A stretch of 23,199 bases of DNA, taken from assembly GCA_045536565.1 (NCBI GenBank), contig JAZSNU010000018.1:1-23199 (forward strand). Direction: 5' to 3'. This document shows positions 21,843-23,199 of this stretch, in pieces (the stretch's first letter is position 1; each line of letters begins with the position of its first letter). This stretch comes from Clostridia bacterium. GTDB taxonomy: Bacteria > Bacillota > Clostridia > TANB77 > CAG-465. Under the pieces are notes generated by a model, which saw only the letters and a program-made list of their open reading frames with translations, did no database searches and was not told where the DNA came from. Made by a program: the position numbers and the translations under genes.

Positions 21843-23199
21843 CTATTTTAAATTATTTACTAATTCCTTAAAATGATTTCCTCTTACCTCAAAATTCTTG
21901 TACATATCAAACGATGCCGAAGCCGGTGATAGTACAACTATATCGTTACTTTGAGAAATGGAATTTGCATAATCTACGCATTCTTCCATATTATTTAAAG
22001 TAACTATATCTATATCTTGTTTATTGTTTCTTTTTTCAATTTCATCTAAAACAGCCTTTTCTATTTTAGGTGCTGTTTTCCCCATTAATATAAGGGTTTT
22101 AACTTTATCTACGATATATGGTCCTATAACATCATAAGGAATATTTTTATCATACCCACCTGCTATTAATATTATTTTTTGATTAAATGATTTAAGACCC
22201 GCTATTGTTCTACTAGGACTCGATGCTATTGAATCATTATACCATTTAACATTATCTTTTTCTCTTACAAATTCTATTCTATGCTCTACACCATAAAAAT
22301 TTTGTATAACATTTACAATTGTTTTTATTCCTGTAAGATGTATCACAGCAGATGCTGCTGCACAAATATTTGCAACATTATGAATTCCAACAAGCTTTAT
22401 ATTTTTCACATCATCAACTAATTCATTATCTAATATACCAGCTATAATTTTATTGTCTTTTAGATAAACACCATTTTCTAATTCTTTTATTAAACTAAAA
22501 TATCTAACATCTGTTTTACTTGATACTTCTTTTAGATATCTATTTGTCATTTCATCATCAGAATTTAAAACTAAAATGCTATCTTCTTTTGGATATTTAA
22601 ATATATTTGCTTTTGCATCTATATATTCATCATAACTTCTATGGTAATCCAAATGATTTGGAGATATATTAGTTATAACGGAAATATCTGGACTTTCTCT
22701 TAAAGTCATAAGTTGGAAACTACTTAATTCTAGTACTACTATATCTTCTTTTTTCATTTCATCTAATTTAGAAAATATAGCTTTTCCAATATTTCCACCA
22801 AGCCACACTTTATATCCTGCTTCTTCTAAAAATTTCGAAATTAAAGTTGTAGTTGTTGTTTTACCATCACTACCTGTTACAGCAATTATTTTACATGGAC
22901 ATAAATGTATAAGCATCTCTATTTCTGATGTAATTACTGTGCCATTTTTTTCAGCCTCTTCTATCTCAGGGTAAAATGGTCTAACACCAGGCGATCTAAA
23001 TATATAATCTAAACCTTGTAAATGTTTTAGATAATCTTCTCCTAAATATGCTTCTAGTCCCATCTCTTTTAATGTAGGATATTCAGCAAACAGATTAACA
23101 TTCTTATCATACAATACAACTGTTGCGCCCAAAGAATGTAAATACTGGATGGCAGGTAAATTACTTACCCCTATTCCTACTAAACCTATTTTTTTATTT
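21843..23199 (-). CDS. murD: UDP-MurNAc-L-Ala--D-glutamate ligase (5' end outside the window)
   Basis: Frame stays open to the edge (NKKIGLVGIGVSN); RSPGV, TGSDGKTTT, ELSSFQL, HLDYH, SPASASFDMYKNFEVRG. Confidence 0.96.
   Translation of the reverse strand, partial: NKKIGLVGIGVSNLPAIQYLHSLGATVVLYDKNVNLFAEYPTLKEMGLEAYLGEDYLKHLQGLDYIFRSPGVRPFYPEIEEAEKNGTVITSEIEMLIHLCPCKIIAVTGSDGKTTTTTLISKFLEEAGYKVWLGGNIGKAIFSKLDEMKKEDIVVLELSSFQLMTLRESPDISVITNISPNHLDYHRSYDEYIDAKANIFKYPKEDSILVLNSDDEMTNRYLKEVSSKTDVRYFSLIKELENGVYLKDNKIIAGILDNELVDDVKNIKLVGIHNVANICAAASAVIHLTGIKTIVNVIQNFYGVEHRIEFVREKDNVKWYNDSIASSPSRTIAGLKSFNQKIILIAGGYDKNIPYDVIGPYIVDKVKTLILMGKTAPKIEKAVLDEIEKRNNKQDIDIVTLNNMEECVDYANSISQSNDIVVLSPASASFDMYKNFEVRGNHFKELVNNLK

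Overview
Low-GC chromosomal window from a Clostridia-like Firmicute; the taxon is inferred from gene order, SD/sigmaA signals, SLH domains and a SCIFF peptide. All genes but one are on the minus strand. Read from the right: murD (partial), pgsA, ligA, a 51-aa SCIFF ranthipeptide precursor missing from the ORF track, RNase P RNA, tRNA-Leu(TAG), a thermonuclease, an SLH/Ig-like surface protein, the glycolytic operon gap-pgk-(unknown membrane gene)-tpiA-gpmI-eno, a plus-strand membrane protein, lemA-DUF2207, an alpha/beta hydrolase, two small membrane proteins, uvrB, a TnpB-like gene and uvrA (partial). The main candidate for a new system is the TnpB-like gene. It keeps only the N-terminal half, has lost the whole RuvC nuclease region, and sits between uvrB and uvrA with its own promoter, palindrome-rich leader, RBS and terminator, consistent with domestication. 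Also notable: the SCIFF gene has no adjacent maturase and an atypical leader with a seventh Cys; GAPDH has eukaryote-like signatures; LigA starts with a beta-clamp-type motif; the tRNA-Leu has A37. No CRISPR array, prophage or intact IS was seen. All calls come from reading the sequence; no searches were run.
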